Made by a program: the position numbers and the translations under genes. A stretch of 64,000 nucleotides of DNA, taken from contig OZ287696.1 in assembly GCA_965649825.1 (NCBI GenBank), positions 1,209,981 to 1,273,980 on the forward strand, given 5' to 3'. Every line of letters begins with the position of its first letter. Position 1 is the stretch's first letter. The notes beneath the pieces are model-generated. The model searched no databases. It was not told where the DNA came from and saw only the letters and a program-made list of their open reading frames with translations. Origin of the DNA: Penicillus capitatus (lineage: Eukaryota > Plantae > Chlorophyta). This document shows positions 1-11,984 of this stretch, one piece after another.

Positions 1-466
1 TTCTTCGACCCCGTCACACTCTTCCTGACCGGCTCGCTTGTTCCTTCCCTTCTCTAGCATCCAACTGGCTCGTTCTCTGGAGTTGGCTTGGCGGCGGCGT
101 CTTACTCTTGTCGGAGCGGAGGCTCAGTCGGAGTCGATGCAAGGATCGGCTCAGCTCCTCTCCCTTGGGTCTGCCAACACACATCTGTTCTGCCATGGAC
201 TCCGTGCGATCGAGGGGGACCGGTTGAGCGTCCGCACTCTGTCGCGGATGGTGAGGGTGATTGTCAAGTTCTCTTCGGCGTCGGGAATGCGCACGACGGC
301 CTGGTCGCAGACACGCGTGATCGAAGGACCGGACACTCCTCGAGCGCACTTTCTCTGCGCTGCTGCCAGACATGTTCGGCGCTGCGCCGAGTGCGAGGGA
401 CGCTTTGAAGAAACGCGGACGGAAATCGCGGCGCAGTAACGTCAACGGCGAAAAGGGGGCGTGCAT
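1..466 (-). CDS. PDE12: PDE12-family 2',5'-phosphodiesterase, 5' part (copy 1; continues left of window)
   Basis: Spliced reading MHAPFSPLTLLRRDFRPRFFKASLALGAAPNMSGSSAEK|AVVRIPDAEENLTITLTIRDRVRTLNR|PKGEELSRSLHRLRLSL resembles the PDE12 N-terminus (AVVRC...NMQRDQSEPLGRVLSRI). Near-identical to 52434-52906, where the gene can be followed into the nuclease domain. Confidence 0.75.
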
Positions 467-510
467 GGCACTGCCGATCACATTCCGCAGAAGGACAAGG
501 CGATTGCCTG

Positions 511-1190
511 TTAGGTACGACGTCCCATCGTCTGGGGCACAGGATCGGCTGGTCGCAGATCCGCGAGGGTCAGCGCCGACACGCGCTCATCGCCCGGACG
601 AACAGCGCCTGAACCGTCTGGACGCCTTCCCCCATGCACTCCGTCGTCTCTCTTCCTCCTCAGCTTCCTGTCCCAAACCTGTCCGATGGAGATGGCATCC
701 TGGATGTGGCGAATCGACGTTGTGCTGGGGTCGATTCCGAGGTCCAGCATCCTCGATAGGATCTCCACTGCCTTCTCTGGCATTGCTTTGACGTGACAGC
801 TCTTCAGGAGCAGCTCGAACGTCTCGCTGTTCGGTCTGGTCTCCGACGATACGCCGAGTTCGATTCTCCGCATCGCGGAATCGAAAACCTCCAAGGCTGC
901 CGAAAACTGAAAGCCAGTCGTCTGCGTTGTCCGGAAGGTCGTCTGCCGCTCACTTGGTCTGCCTTGATCAACGACTCGATGACGGCTTCGAGGAGATCGA
1001 CTGGCATCCGACAACCGCTCAGCCTCGCCCCCTGCGGCAATTCTCGAAGTTCAGTCTGTCGACTGGACTCGGCAGCCGGGTCGACACTATAATCGCTCGC
1101 GGGGGAGCCCATCGGCCAGCCGCTTTCAGAAGCGAGACGATCGTCCATCAGTTGCTGTTCGAAACGCGGACCAAGTCGAGGAATAGACAA
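511..1190 (-). CDS. Small PPR (pentatricopeptide repeat) protein, copy 1; 5' end uncertain (possibly to ~1440)
   Basis: Joining ORFs 804-1190 and 511-1014 over a gtgagc...tttcag intron gives two PPR-like motifs: VDLLEAVIESLIKADQFSAALEVFDSAMRR..P and NSETFELLLKSCHVKAMPEKAVEILSRMLDLGIDP. Confidence 0.65.
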
Positions 1191-2071
1191 TCGAGAACGA
1201 GGGTGCGATCGGCGGTATTTGCGAGGCAGTTCGAAGCCGCTCGCCGTTTCCTGTTACATCGTCTCGTCGTCAGTCGACCGCAAGTGCTGATCCGGGTTCT
1301 CGCAAATCGATAGGCCTCCAATGGATTGTTGCTCTAACGTTCGAATTTGTGTTACATCCTCTTCAGTCGTTTTCTGCAACAAAGAAGAGCGTCTCCTGAC
1401 TAAATCGGTTGTCAAGAATCGATTCAGATCGTCCACCAAGCCGACGCTCTGAAAAGAATCTTACTCGTGCATGCATCTCACAGACGAGAAAACAAACGTC
1501 ACCGAACTGAATACGCGTCGCAATGAAACAAAGATTTGCCGGAAGCAAGAAACGACCCATCGGTAAATCCAGACGAGCGATCCTTCATCGACGTTGCAGC
1601 GATGAACAACAGACACAGCTTTCCAAGAGCTTCTCAGGCGAGGGACACTCTTCTGTGTGCGATCGTGCAGGCAAGTGCCACAGCAGTATGCACTGTCGAC
1701 GACGGTTTCTCCAACAGGCTGATGATGCCGGATCGCCTGGAAACCGCCGATCGAGGACGACCAGATAAGCATAAAACGCACGCGATGCTCGATCGATCGC
1801 TGATGGATCGTCCACAGAGTGCGAATCCGTTGCGCTCTCGTGTGCATTGCGAGTGCGGTGTGAAAGAACCTATTGAACTCTCGGCCTGCTGTCGTATTCT
1901 CACTGTTTCGTAACAAGTCTGGAGTGTCTTGGTTTATCCAGATTGTCGGCTTCCTGCTACACAGTCTTCTGTCTCTTTTCAGTCTGTCTGCGGTGTGCGT
2001 GGCGCGTCATTGAAGTAATAGTTAGACGATTGGAACAGCGTCGCAGAGATGATGTCCTTCTCGTTTTCCTG

Positions 2072-2533
2072 ATGTTACGATCAGCTTGCAAAACCGGCGT
2101 TTGTTCTGTCTGCATTGTTTTCCTTGTACCACTCGCATTTTATGCAGTGTCACACTACTATGACTTTATCGACAAGCTTGCTCTTCGTTCGGCCTTCTTT
2201 AGCGGCACGGACGAGGAATTCCTCCTCTTTATGATGGAAGACGAAGAAATCTCGGCTGCGTTTGAAGAGCTACTCCATAGTGGCCTTCGCCTTTTATTAC
2301 TCGCTATTCTCGCCATTGGGAGTCTTATCTGCTATACTGGTTTCGCAGTCTGCCCAAAATGCTGGTGTTGTTGTTGGGTCTCCTGCTGTTTCTTTGTCTT
2401 CGAGTATGTGTTGTTGATGATGTCTCCATCGATTCTGAACTTTCTCGCCGTGTATGTCAAGGATAACTTCGTGCCCCATGGTGATAAAAACACGGATGAT
2501 CGATTTTGCGATGCGGACATCGGAATCTGCTGA
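2072..2533 (+). CDS. Cys-rich multi-pass membrane protein of unknown function (copy 1)
   Basis: Three hydrophobic segments and the motif GSLICYTGFAVCPKCWCCCW. The reading frame is preserved in the diverged paralog at 54520-54987. Confidence 0.55.
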   Translation: MLRSACKTGVCSVCIVFLVPLAFYAVSHYYDFIDKLALRSAFFSGTDEEFLLFMMEDEEISAAFEELLHSGLRLLLLAILAIGSLICYTGFAVCPKCWCCCWVSCCFFVFEYVLLMMSPSILNFLAVYVKDNFVPHGDKNTDDRFCDADIGIC

Positions 2534-4573
2534 CAATGGATGTTTTTTTGTGAGTCGGCGCTTTCCTTTACACAAGTGACGACAGTCCGATTCCACATTC
2601 AGCATCAGGCATAAGATGCAAAAGATTGTCTTTCAGAACGAAGATAAGATCGAAAGAGTCGAGGATCAGGAAAAGTATCAGATAGCCTGTTGGCCAAGAC
2701 GGCATCCCAAGTGTGGAAGAGCATTCCGGACACTTCTGTTGATGCTCGTTTTTAATGGTTTCGTTCTTATATGTGTGCTTGCATGCTTCCAATGACTTCG
2801 ACTGTCGTTTACGATCAAATTCGTTAGAATCCTCTCTCGATGACACATGGCTTCAAGAAACGCGTGAATTGGAGTGCGTGAAAGACTCTATGCCTTCCTC
2901 CACCTCTGACGCTTCCAATTCTTGGATCATACAGGGCATAAGGCATAGATATTTCTGGATCTTCCTTCCCTTAGCTCTAATGAAGCAACATCGCTATTTC
3001 GAGGTTATTATCGTCAGCTGATGCCTCAATCGAGGTTCGGTGACCAAGTTCGACCGTCCACATACAAGTCGTGCAACTTACAGAAGACCTCTTAAAACCA
3101 CGAGGTATCTTTACCTTACCACGTCCAGCAGCAGATCACATAGAATCTTAACGCAAGCTTTCCACTTGCTCGATTGTTCTTTCCGTATTGTTTCTTACTC
3201 TCGAAATTGCTCTCCGATTTTGTTTAAGTATCTCGCAGCTGCACAGGCACTATGCTTCGTTCGCAAATGCGTCACTGAATTCTCCCCTATCTCGACGAGA
3301 ATGTGTCTCATTTTGGCTGTCGAAAGAGAACATACAAATCAACGTTTGACAATGTTCTGTAATGCTGGTATCCAATGGCGTAAGTTGAATGGAAAACTCT
3401 GAAAGACTTTTCGACATTGTTTTCTGCACACAGTTCACAATGTGCGGTAAACGTCGTGCATCCAACTCTTTCCTCCGGCACCAGAATACTTGCGCAAAAC
3501 ATGTGATAAACCTTGTTAAGACGAGAACAGACAGTATCATTTCTACTCTTTAGTGTCGTCTTCAGAAGGCAGGCGATCGTTTTTACTGTTTGTGGTTGTT
3601 CTCATTGTCTTAAAAAGGTAACAACGTTCATTATGATTACCACGAACATGTCATTGGCGATGAACTCGAAAGCCAAGGACGATTATGCAGCGCGTTCTCG
3701 ACAGAAAATAGATCGCCACGTTTGATCGCGAGAAACTCAATAGCACATGGTTATTGATCTTGTTCTCTGATGAATTCGAGAGCTATCGTTGAACGTGGTG
3801 TTGTTCTTTTCTTTCCATCGATTCACAACACGGCGAAAACGTTAAACACCTGCTTAATCGACGATCAAAGACCCGTCTTCTTTAGTTGCCGAATTAACCA
3901 AAGGAGTTCCAAAATTTGTCAACGCCGTTAGTGCGCGTCTTTGCAAGTCGATGCCATTCCAACATCAACGCGTTTTAAGACCGAAGAGGTAGATCGCTGC
4001 GCGTCGAACTGAGATCGAAATCGAATTGAACGATCGATTAATCGCTACGAGCAAAGCTAACTTGCTCGATTTTTCGGTCGTCAGTTTCACTTGGAAATCG
4101 CGACATGATTGGTACGAGATTCTACTTTTTCCGCTTTATGCGAGGTTGACAGATCCAATATCAATCTGCATCAACTCTATAGATCGATTAAAATACAAAT
4201 CGATTTCGATCAGTTTATTTCCGATTGAATCGGACTACCTTGATTGTTCGATCGTCAATTGCGTTACAATCATCCATGATTGGATAAACATGGATAACCT
4301 GCTTTCTTGAACTGGCTGTTCGTAAAGCTTTAATTTAGTCGACGATCGTTTGCGGTTCCTGCAGATCAGCGACACAGGTATCTGTACGTGTGATATGCAA
4401 CGAACTTATCGTTGTGCACAGTTGATCGACGATGAAAACGAGACGCCGGAAGAGTTTGTTAATGATTCCTACTAGGAAGTTGATCTAAGAACGATCCTCG
4501 AGAATCTTTCCAAGAAAACGAATTCCCGATAGGCAATGATTCTGATTCCTGTCTTACACTTTCTCTTGGGTTG

Positions 4574-6346
4574 TTATATTGGTTTTATACAGTTTACTCG
4601 TCTCTGTTCGCTTTCCACAGAGTTTTCCCAAAACAAGAGACCTCGTGCTTTGGGTGGTACTGCAGAGAGAAGCATATTTTCTGGCGATACGTCACCGGGA
4701 ACGTACAAAGCGAGTTCCGATTGAAGCCCTTGATCTACGAGCCATTCCATGCGACACTCGTCGATCAATCGCTTGCATTTCATTCCAACGGAGACCCTGT
4801 ACTCCTTAGGAAAGAATCGCCAGAAAGACGGCGATGCTTCGTCTGTCGGAGTTATCTCTTTCATACGTAAACCTATCTGCTTGGTACTCTCTACTGCTTT
4901 CTCATCGACAACATCTAAACGCTGATGATCACACAGTGCCCAACCTGATCATCACTCGTTTGCATGGTCTGAGTGTTGACGTGATTAAGCTACCTGTCAT
5001 CCACGAGACGAGTTCGAAGTCTTCTTTTGTAAAGTCGCGGCGAACGAAGTTTTCTCTCGCGGCATAAGATTCCCAGTCGCAACGATGGTGACAGCAGGTT
5101 GCGATGAACAGACCAGTAAACCGATCGGCGACTTCTGTTCTGCGAAAAGACGACCATTCGGAAAAGCAGACAGCGACAAGATGTCGATCGAACCCGATCG
5201 CTTTACGGCAAGCCAGTAGAGCGTAATCCGTACCGCTGCCACAGAGATGTTTTCCAAGGGCCACCCATGGACCGATCGGCTTCTGATCGATCTCCGGCAA
5301 TCGACTCAGATCGAAGTCTTTGAGATCGATGCGGATTCGTCGGACCGTCAACGCCTCGTCGCTCTTCATTGTGCGTTCCGCCTTTAGAAGTGTTCGTTTG
5401 TTCGACTGGATCAGGCAATTGTCAACGAATACCTTTAGTTTGAAAGATTGGTTGTCCACCAGCACAAAACGCTTCGCATCTGTGCAATCCGAGATCATGC
5501 TCGATAAATAAGCTTTTCCCGCCCCAAATTCGATCACCAAGGGAGGTTCAGCAAAACATCGGAAGACTTCCTTTTCCATAAGGTATCCTGGAGCACCTTA
5601 CCGATCAAACACGGTCCTCGACATCTGTGATAGCTCGCCTGCTATGGATGCTTGTTGCATAGCGTGCTTCAATTTAAACGGTCGGCGACCATCCGGTTTT
5701 AGAAATGGCTGACACACTTCTGGTATGCGGTACTTCAATTCCAAGCGATCCATCGACGCAACGAGTTTCTCGACCTTTGTCCATACGCGCGTACAAACTT
5801 CGTTTTCGCACATTGTCGATTGATCGGAAGTAGCACACCTTGCTTATCAGAGTCAGCAATCCTTCGACTCCCAACTCAAGCGCATACTTCATTCTCCGTT
5901 CGCTCCTCGTCGATCCTATCGATATCGTCATGGCCTCGGATGCGATAGACGGGAACGTACCACTTGGGAGCATTGGCTCATCTGAACAGTATTTATTGAC
6001 ATCCTTCGTGTAGGTGGCATCTTTCTGAATACCAGAAGTCAAGACGAAGCAGACAATCGTCGAATCGAAGACCTACCTCTGTTTCGTTCAATCTCTTCTG
6101 TTCTGAGCATTTTCGGATGTGTCGGACAAGATTCTCCTCCAGCACGTAACTTGGATGGAGACAGAGCGTTGTCGACAGGCGAAGAGAACCATCTTCTTAC
6201 TGTCCCGGGTTCAGCGGACAGGGAACACGCTTCTGCCCTTCACCCGTCGCGAAATAGAGATGCTGTCCGCAGTAATCCTTGTCGGGAATCGCATGGAATC
6301 GGCACGTTCGGTTTTTGTGAGCTATGTAGTATGTGCAGCGAGGCAT
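4574..6346 (-). CDS. TRM13: tRNA:m4X (2'-O-ribose) methyltransferase TRM13
   Basis: CCCH finger (CTYYIAHKNRTCRFHAIPDKDYCGQH), CHHC finger (RVPCPLNP), VIEFGAGKAYLS, GKHLCGSGTD, IATCCHHRC and VSPENMLL, all in spliced exons. Confidence 0.92.
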
Positions 6347-6973
6347 CGAGCGATGATGGCGAACAAATGTTACATGATGGTGTCGGCGCGCCGCCGCCGC
6401 CTTTGCGATACCCATTCAGCAATTCGATACACTAAGACATCGAAAGCTCTCTGGTAGCTGCGAAGATCGCCTATCTGCACATATCGCCTGTAGTTATATC
6501 GTAGGCTGATCACTGGACACGCGATCACAGCCCAGTGTCGACTGAAATGAACATTTGAAGTGAATGCATTCGCCAGTATACGTTTGAAATTGAAGATAGG
6601 CCTCGCTGGCTGTGCCGATATACAAGCTGCGATGAGAAGATGTAATGGTTCAGGGAAAAGTTGTCGTGCGAAGGCAAGGACGAGTGCGTCTGCTTTTTTG
6701 TCAACCGGCAATGGTTCAGTCAGAACCGAGTTTCTATTCAAAGAGATAATAACAAGGCAGAGTGGTCCTTGAGCAACATCGATGTAAAGAGACAGCAATC
6801 AGATAGCAGGAATTTTGCATGCAACAATTAAAGTCCTTGTTGCGTCTATAGAGCACGAAATGTGCATATGTGTTTCGAGTGTCTTTCGAGATAATGAAAC
6901 GTCAGTCGTCCGTATGAGTTTAGCCCGACTCATCCAGAATACTGACCAAACTGGATTCCTGATCCTTCGCTTT

Positions 6974-7499
6974 TTATCGAGACGGAAGGAATTTTCTCTC
7001 GATCTTAAATGTCACTTCGACGCAGAGGAGTGGCTTGTCCTCTTTGTCTTTTGCCGCGACTTTCACCGTGTATGTTCCTGCTGGTGTAATCGCAGGGAGC
7101 ATGCGGTTGTATTTGAATACAACGGTTCCCGCTTTCATTGGACATTTCATGTGATCCTTGAGCTCGGAACGCTCAGTATTTAGCGGAGTCTTTATGGTTT
7201 TCCCAAACATACTTATCGTCGTGGAGGTCTGAGCCGTGACCTTACCGGAATCCACGTCAGGGCCATCTGCAGCGGAATAGTGAGAGACAGCAAGAAACGG
7301 ATAGTCATGCATTACCGTAGGTTCCTTTAATCTTGAAGCGGGCGGTGTGTCCAATTCGAAGCGGAGTGGGAGTTAGGTCGACAGAGGTCGGCTTGATGGG
7401 CGGTGTTACGCCATCCACCGTGCAAGGGGTAAAAGGATAGGCCGCGACAGCGCCCGTCAAAAGAACGCAGAATAGACTGCAAACAAAAGCGGGATGCAT
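6974..7499 (-). CDS. ML-domain (MD-2/NPC2-like lipid-recognition) secreted protein
   Basis: Signal peptide MHPAFVCSLFCVLLTGAVAA; motifs VDLTPTPLRIG, KCPMKAG, PAITPAGTYTVKVAAKD and LLCVEVTF; one GT-AG intron (~7268-7316). Confidence 0.85.
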
Positions 7500-7921
7500 T
7501 ATCAAATGCTCAACATGGCACACACGCCGTCTCATTCTCATAATGGCGGACGTCGATCGGGTCGAGACTTTGGAAAGACGTTGCACCCAACTTGAAGAAA
7601 TCGCCAAGCAACTGGAAAAAGGCATATCACGTTCTCCAGCAGGTAGACGACCTTTTTCGTTTCCTCTGAAGGAGGGCCCGTTTTAGAGACTGAGACAAAG
7701 CCATCCCCTGCAGAAGATGATCACAAAGGCAAGCTGTCATCGTTTCGACGTTGTCAATAGCGATTGTATTGCTGTTAGACGTGCTCATAGAGAAGCTGCG
7801 TTATCAGATTCTCCATCTAAAGAGATCCTTGCGCGAACAGGAAGCACAATCTTCTTGAAATCAGAAAACAGATGTCGTTTCGAGATGCATGTTGTCCGAT
7901 CATTCTTTCGCCTATCGAGCC

Positions 7922-9100
7922 TTAATAAGGCGCTTCCAGTCTGGAAGTGTTTCTGCTGTCATAATTGTCTAATTTGAAGCTGTTCCAATCGGCAGATGTC
8001 AATCCTCGCTGCATCATAGCCAGAACCGTCGCCATCTGAGAATAGGTCACACTATTGATTAACCCTTCCTGCAGCAAGACATATGTAGACTGAAGACGAG
8101 AACTTATTACCGTACAACAGGAGTACCTGCACGCGAAATGGCCTCCCTCCTTCTGACAGTTTCACCAATTGGTGTGTGTCTCTGACGGGGACCTTCGTTA
8201 AATCTTCAATGCCATCTTTTTTGATGATCTCCTGAATCGCCGCGTGGACGTTGTCGATTTTCATGTATCGACTTCTGCCTGTTCCCAGAAGACAATTCCT
8301 TGCCAGCCACTCGAAGTCCATTTCTTTTCCATGGAAGGCAGCACTGGCCAAGTACGATAACACGGTTGCCGTTTTGAGATTGCGCTCTTTTGCGATCGCC
8401 TCGACGTCAAGTCCTTGTGTCCAGTCTTCATGCGCCCGTTCCGCTGTCTTTCTCAGGTAAGAATCTACGACGACCCTCTCTCCAGAAGTTTGGACTCTCT
8501 CTGCAGAAGCAGGAGGTTGATCGAATTGAAAGCTCTCATCAGTCAGGAACGCAAAATCGCGGACAATAACGTTGACCCGTCCCTGGTAACTACTCAGTGT
8601 TCCTTGAATGACGATCTTGACTCCCTTCTGGACATGTTGACGCACTTGCTTCGCCGCAAAATCGAAAAACACAGTCTCGAAGTAACCGTAGCTTGTCTCT
8701 TTCTTGGATGATTCGCGCGGAACAGCAAGAGTCATATGGGCAAAAGGACTTCCGTCTCGTGAACTTCTTTCCTCGGGGGTATCCATCGCAAACCCGCTGA
8801 GTGTTACGGTATTGGTCATCTGGGACTCAAAGTTCTCGAATCGCGGAGGAGGAACGAGTTCGCTCTTGATCTCTGTTTCGACGGCAGGCTTAACATTCTG
8901 CTTTGCACCGATCGTGGATCGGCGACTAGGCCATGTACGCTGAACGGCATCACTGATAAAGAAGAAGGCTGAAGAGACGGAGGGTGCTGCACCTGAGAAC
9001 TGCTGCTGGCGGACACCGATAGCCTCGATGGTCCGCGTAGGTGGGTCCGCGTCGCTCGGATCGCGGCATTTCTCGGAACGTGACGCAGCAACATGTGCAT
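7922..9100 (-). CDS. Organelle-targeted single-stranded DNA-binding protein (SSB/OSB-like OB fold) fused to a C-terminal HTH_40 (YpbB/RecQ-C-terminal type) domain
   Basis: Arg/Ser-rich transit-like exon 1. SSB motifs NTVTLSGF...AHMTLAV...GVKIVIQGTLS. HTH part GLDVEAIAKERNLKTATVLSYLA, with a last exon containing VTYSQMATVLA. Confidence 0.8.
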
Positions 9101-9230
9101 TCAGATGGACAGCGAGAGCCCTCGCGACCTTCGATGTGATTTGACAGACGGGTCACATCCGTCACCATCTCGCCAACAACGCACGACGACCACTGAATAA
9201 CGCGGTGTCTGTTTCTTGCTATTTCAAAAG

Positions 9231-9819
9231 ATGCTGCTTCGTCGTTGTATTTGCTCCTACCCATCGACGCGCCTCCTGTCAACGACCGTAAGAATACAAA
9301 CGCCGTCACCAACCCGCATCCCACGCACTTGGATTTTAGGCTGTCCTACGGGGCGAGGTTGCGCATATCGAGGAGCCGGAGTTTTCAGCAGAACCGCCAC
9401 AGGAAGAAAAGGCGGAGCTGCGTCGAGACGAGCCCTTAACCACGGCACAGAAGAATGCACAGCTTTCTGTGTTGGACCCTTTTGAGTCTCTCCCGTTGCA
9501 AAAACTCGCGACGTATCTGGGGGAAACCTTTTCGCCGAAGCTCGAAGATCTGCAAGCATCGGAGCGCGAACGTACACGACCGAAAAAATACAAAGAAGTG
9601 ATGGAACCTCCAAGCGTTCCACATTTTCTGCCTCTGACGCGATGGGCGTCGCACAACAAACAAGTTCGTGAGACGCTTGTGATCGACGAAGAGAATCGCC
9701 CTCGTGTGCGTCTCTCTTGGTATCATCCAGACGATACGATGATCCCGCGCGGCTGGTTTTCGAAGGGACTGCTCGATGACATTAAGTACTACAGGCCGTT
9801 TTTGAAGAAGAAACAGTGA
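9231..9819 (+). CDS. Hypothetical protein with mitochondrial-type presequence
   Basis: MLLRRCICSYPSTRLLSTTVR presequence-like start. The second ORF 9469-9819 has coding-like composition. Family not recognised and splice junction not resolved. Confidence 0.5.
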
Positions 9820-10264
9820 AGAACTCAGTTCTTTGTCGATTTTGAACTGCACGCGTGCAACTCGACGAGTGCACTGCGGATGCGCAGAAGGGAGAAGTGG
9901 GTGGCACGCGTCCAGAAAGGACGGATACTTTTGATCGACGGATGGCACAATGTATGAAGCCAACGTCTGAGTGGGTCGTTTCTGTCGAGGCTTTAACGGA
10001 TAGCCTGGTAAACATTCGCCGATCGGGACTGCACTCAGTGTATCTTTCTCTTTATGTAAGTAACGTCACATCGACATTGCCAACGATGAAGCGCAATTCC
10101 TATCATGGGCTCATCGCCCAAAGCGAAACGACGCGGTCTTCACATCGATTGGTTTTTCCGATCTGCGATCATCGATCGCAAAATACAGAACGGCCGTCTT
10201 TAAAGAGCGATTATCGTGTGCATCCACGGAATTTGCTTGATGATGGGACTGTTGCGGCACGGCT

Positions 10265-11916
10265 CAATCGAAGATATCGACATGCTCACTCACATCTCGA
10301 TCGATCACACTCACCTGACCCCATCATCGATACCTTAGTGTCTGTATGTACAGGAAGTGGAACATGGTTACCGATACAGGACGCGGGATGACAGATCTGA
10401 GCTTCTGCTTCTGTGTGACAAAGCGTTGTTCGATGGGGACGAGTTCTGCCGTTTTCTTTTTTCTATCCAATCGCACGACCCATTTCCACTTTCCCAATTC
10501 CGATCGCATCTTCTTACGGTAGAAGTACTCTCGAATCCACAGATACTCCTCTTGTCCGTCAATAACCGAATCGCGTCTGCGAGACACCTGTCACATCATG
10601 CGAGCACAGTGCCACTTACCGGTCACTGGAGCTGTGGACATGGCATGGAGCAATAAGACCAAGATACTTGTTATCGAATCCGATCGCGCGATTCACTTCT
10701 GCCTCCTGCACAGATTTTGGTTCCACATACAGTTCCTTCATCAGGACGTTCTCTGCACAGAAAGGTCACATACAGTAGCTGGTAAATGCAAGAACCTGAA
10801 ATCTGCATGCTATAAGCATCGCCATGAGGTATCAATTTGTCGCTGTCGTTCACACAGTTGTTGTGGAAATTCACAGTACAGAACGCACGGCCATGTCGAT
10901 CTTCGTGCGGCACCACTGTAAGTGTAGTAATGAGAACAGAAATGCTGTCAGTGTATTCGTACCGTTATAGACAGCCACAGCTTTTCGTGCTCGTGTTTGC
11001 ATCGTCTTTGATCGTCCTCCGTGAAACGACGATGTCAGTTGCGCAGCTCTAGTTTCTGGGGGCTGTTTTGCCCTGTCAAATCCCCTCTATATGTCAGACT
11101 GCATATCAGGCAATGGATGCACAAGTGTCGTGTTTCATGACTTGGATGGATCGAAGATAGGCTTCTTTCGAAGCAAAGGAACGCATCTTGCGTTTTCGAG
11201 ACGGTTTCTGGAAATTCAATGGCCGAATCTGTGTTTTCTTCTCCGCCTCCGCATCTTTGATCCACCTAACAGCGATCGCAGCTTTTCGCGAGTTGTCGCC
11301 AACAGTCACATCACACCATCTTTCCGGATCGACGTTTTTGAGCACGACTGGCATTTTGTGCTTCTTGCGTGGCTTCATCAGCATCGTCTCTGAATCCAAC
11401 GTCCATTTTGTATGAGAGACGCTCTCGACCTGAATCGCCAAATGTTGGTCTCGATCGATCGAGGAGAGGCGTACGGCGTCGAGGATTTCGTAATCCTCAT
11501 CGTCCAGCGAAGGAAGCGTATCGAGCGAATCGGGATCGGAGAGATCGCCTTTATCGGGCGACGGCGGCCGTTCCTCATAGCGATACATTTCTGCAGCTGC
11601 GGTTCCGAACTCGAAGCCCAGAAAATCTGGAAGAGGGAGGTCGATCGACGGAGGGAGCTTTTCTTCAGGCGCCAGACAAAACTTCGCGAGTTCCGCCGCG
11701 TCGAATGGCGTCACTAAGGACTTCATGTCGCAGACAACCTCCATAAACACCCTTTCTTACAAAGGCCGATAGCCATCAGAACCGCACCTCTGGTAGGTCG
11801 ACACGAAAACGCATATCGGAGATGAAACGCGTAGGCCGATTGAGTTCTGTTTGCTCGATCTCGGGGCCATGATTCTGAACGGGACGTTCGCCACTACGTC
11901 CAGGACGACGACTCAT
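10265..11916 (-). CDS. PAF1: RNA polymerase II-associated factor 1 (PAF1/ELF7-like)
   Basis: LNRPTRFISDMRFRVDLPE|VVCDMKSLVTPFD matches the PAF1 N-terminus. Also IAVRWIKDAE, SIQ|RGFDRAKQPP, VVPHEDRHGRAFCTVNF and EEYLWIREY. 3' end approximate. Confidence 0.75.
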
Positions 11917-11984
11917 CGGGAATGGTAAAACGATGGCGACGATGATGAAGGAATGCTGTTTGACGGACGTGACGACTCTCGACC

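Larger units (their letters stand above)
1..3030 (+). repeat. Segmental duplication, copy 1 (direct repeat of ~52434-56060)
   Basis: Base-level identity, e.g. ccgtcacactcttcctgaccggctcgc near position 11 and near 52444. Colinear through the PPR and membrane-protein genes, with identity decaying toward ~3030. Confidence 0.97.

Noticed and set aside
467-520. PPR spliced into PDE12 to make a triple fusion
   Set aside because: An ag acceptor exists before the PDE12 ATG, but the nearby GT donors are in the wrong phase in copy 1.
3040-4500. ORFs in the intergenic stretch after duplication copy 1
   Set aside because: Short, motif-free and interrupted in all frames.
6370-6798. 142-aa ORF between TRM13 and the ML gene
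   Set aside because: No ATG start, no recognisable motif, and it overlaps the TRM13 5' region.
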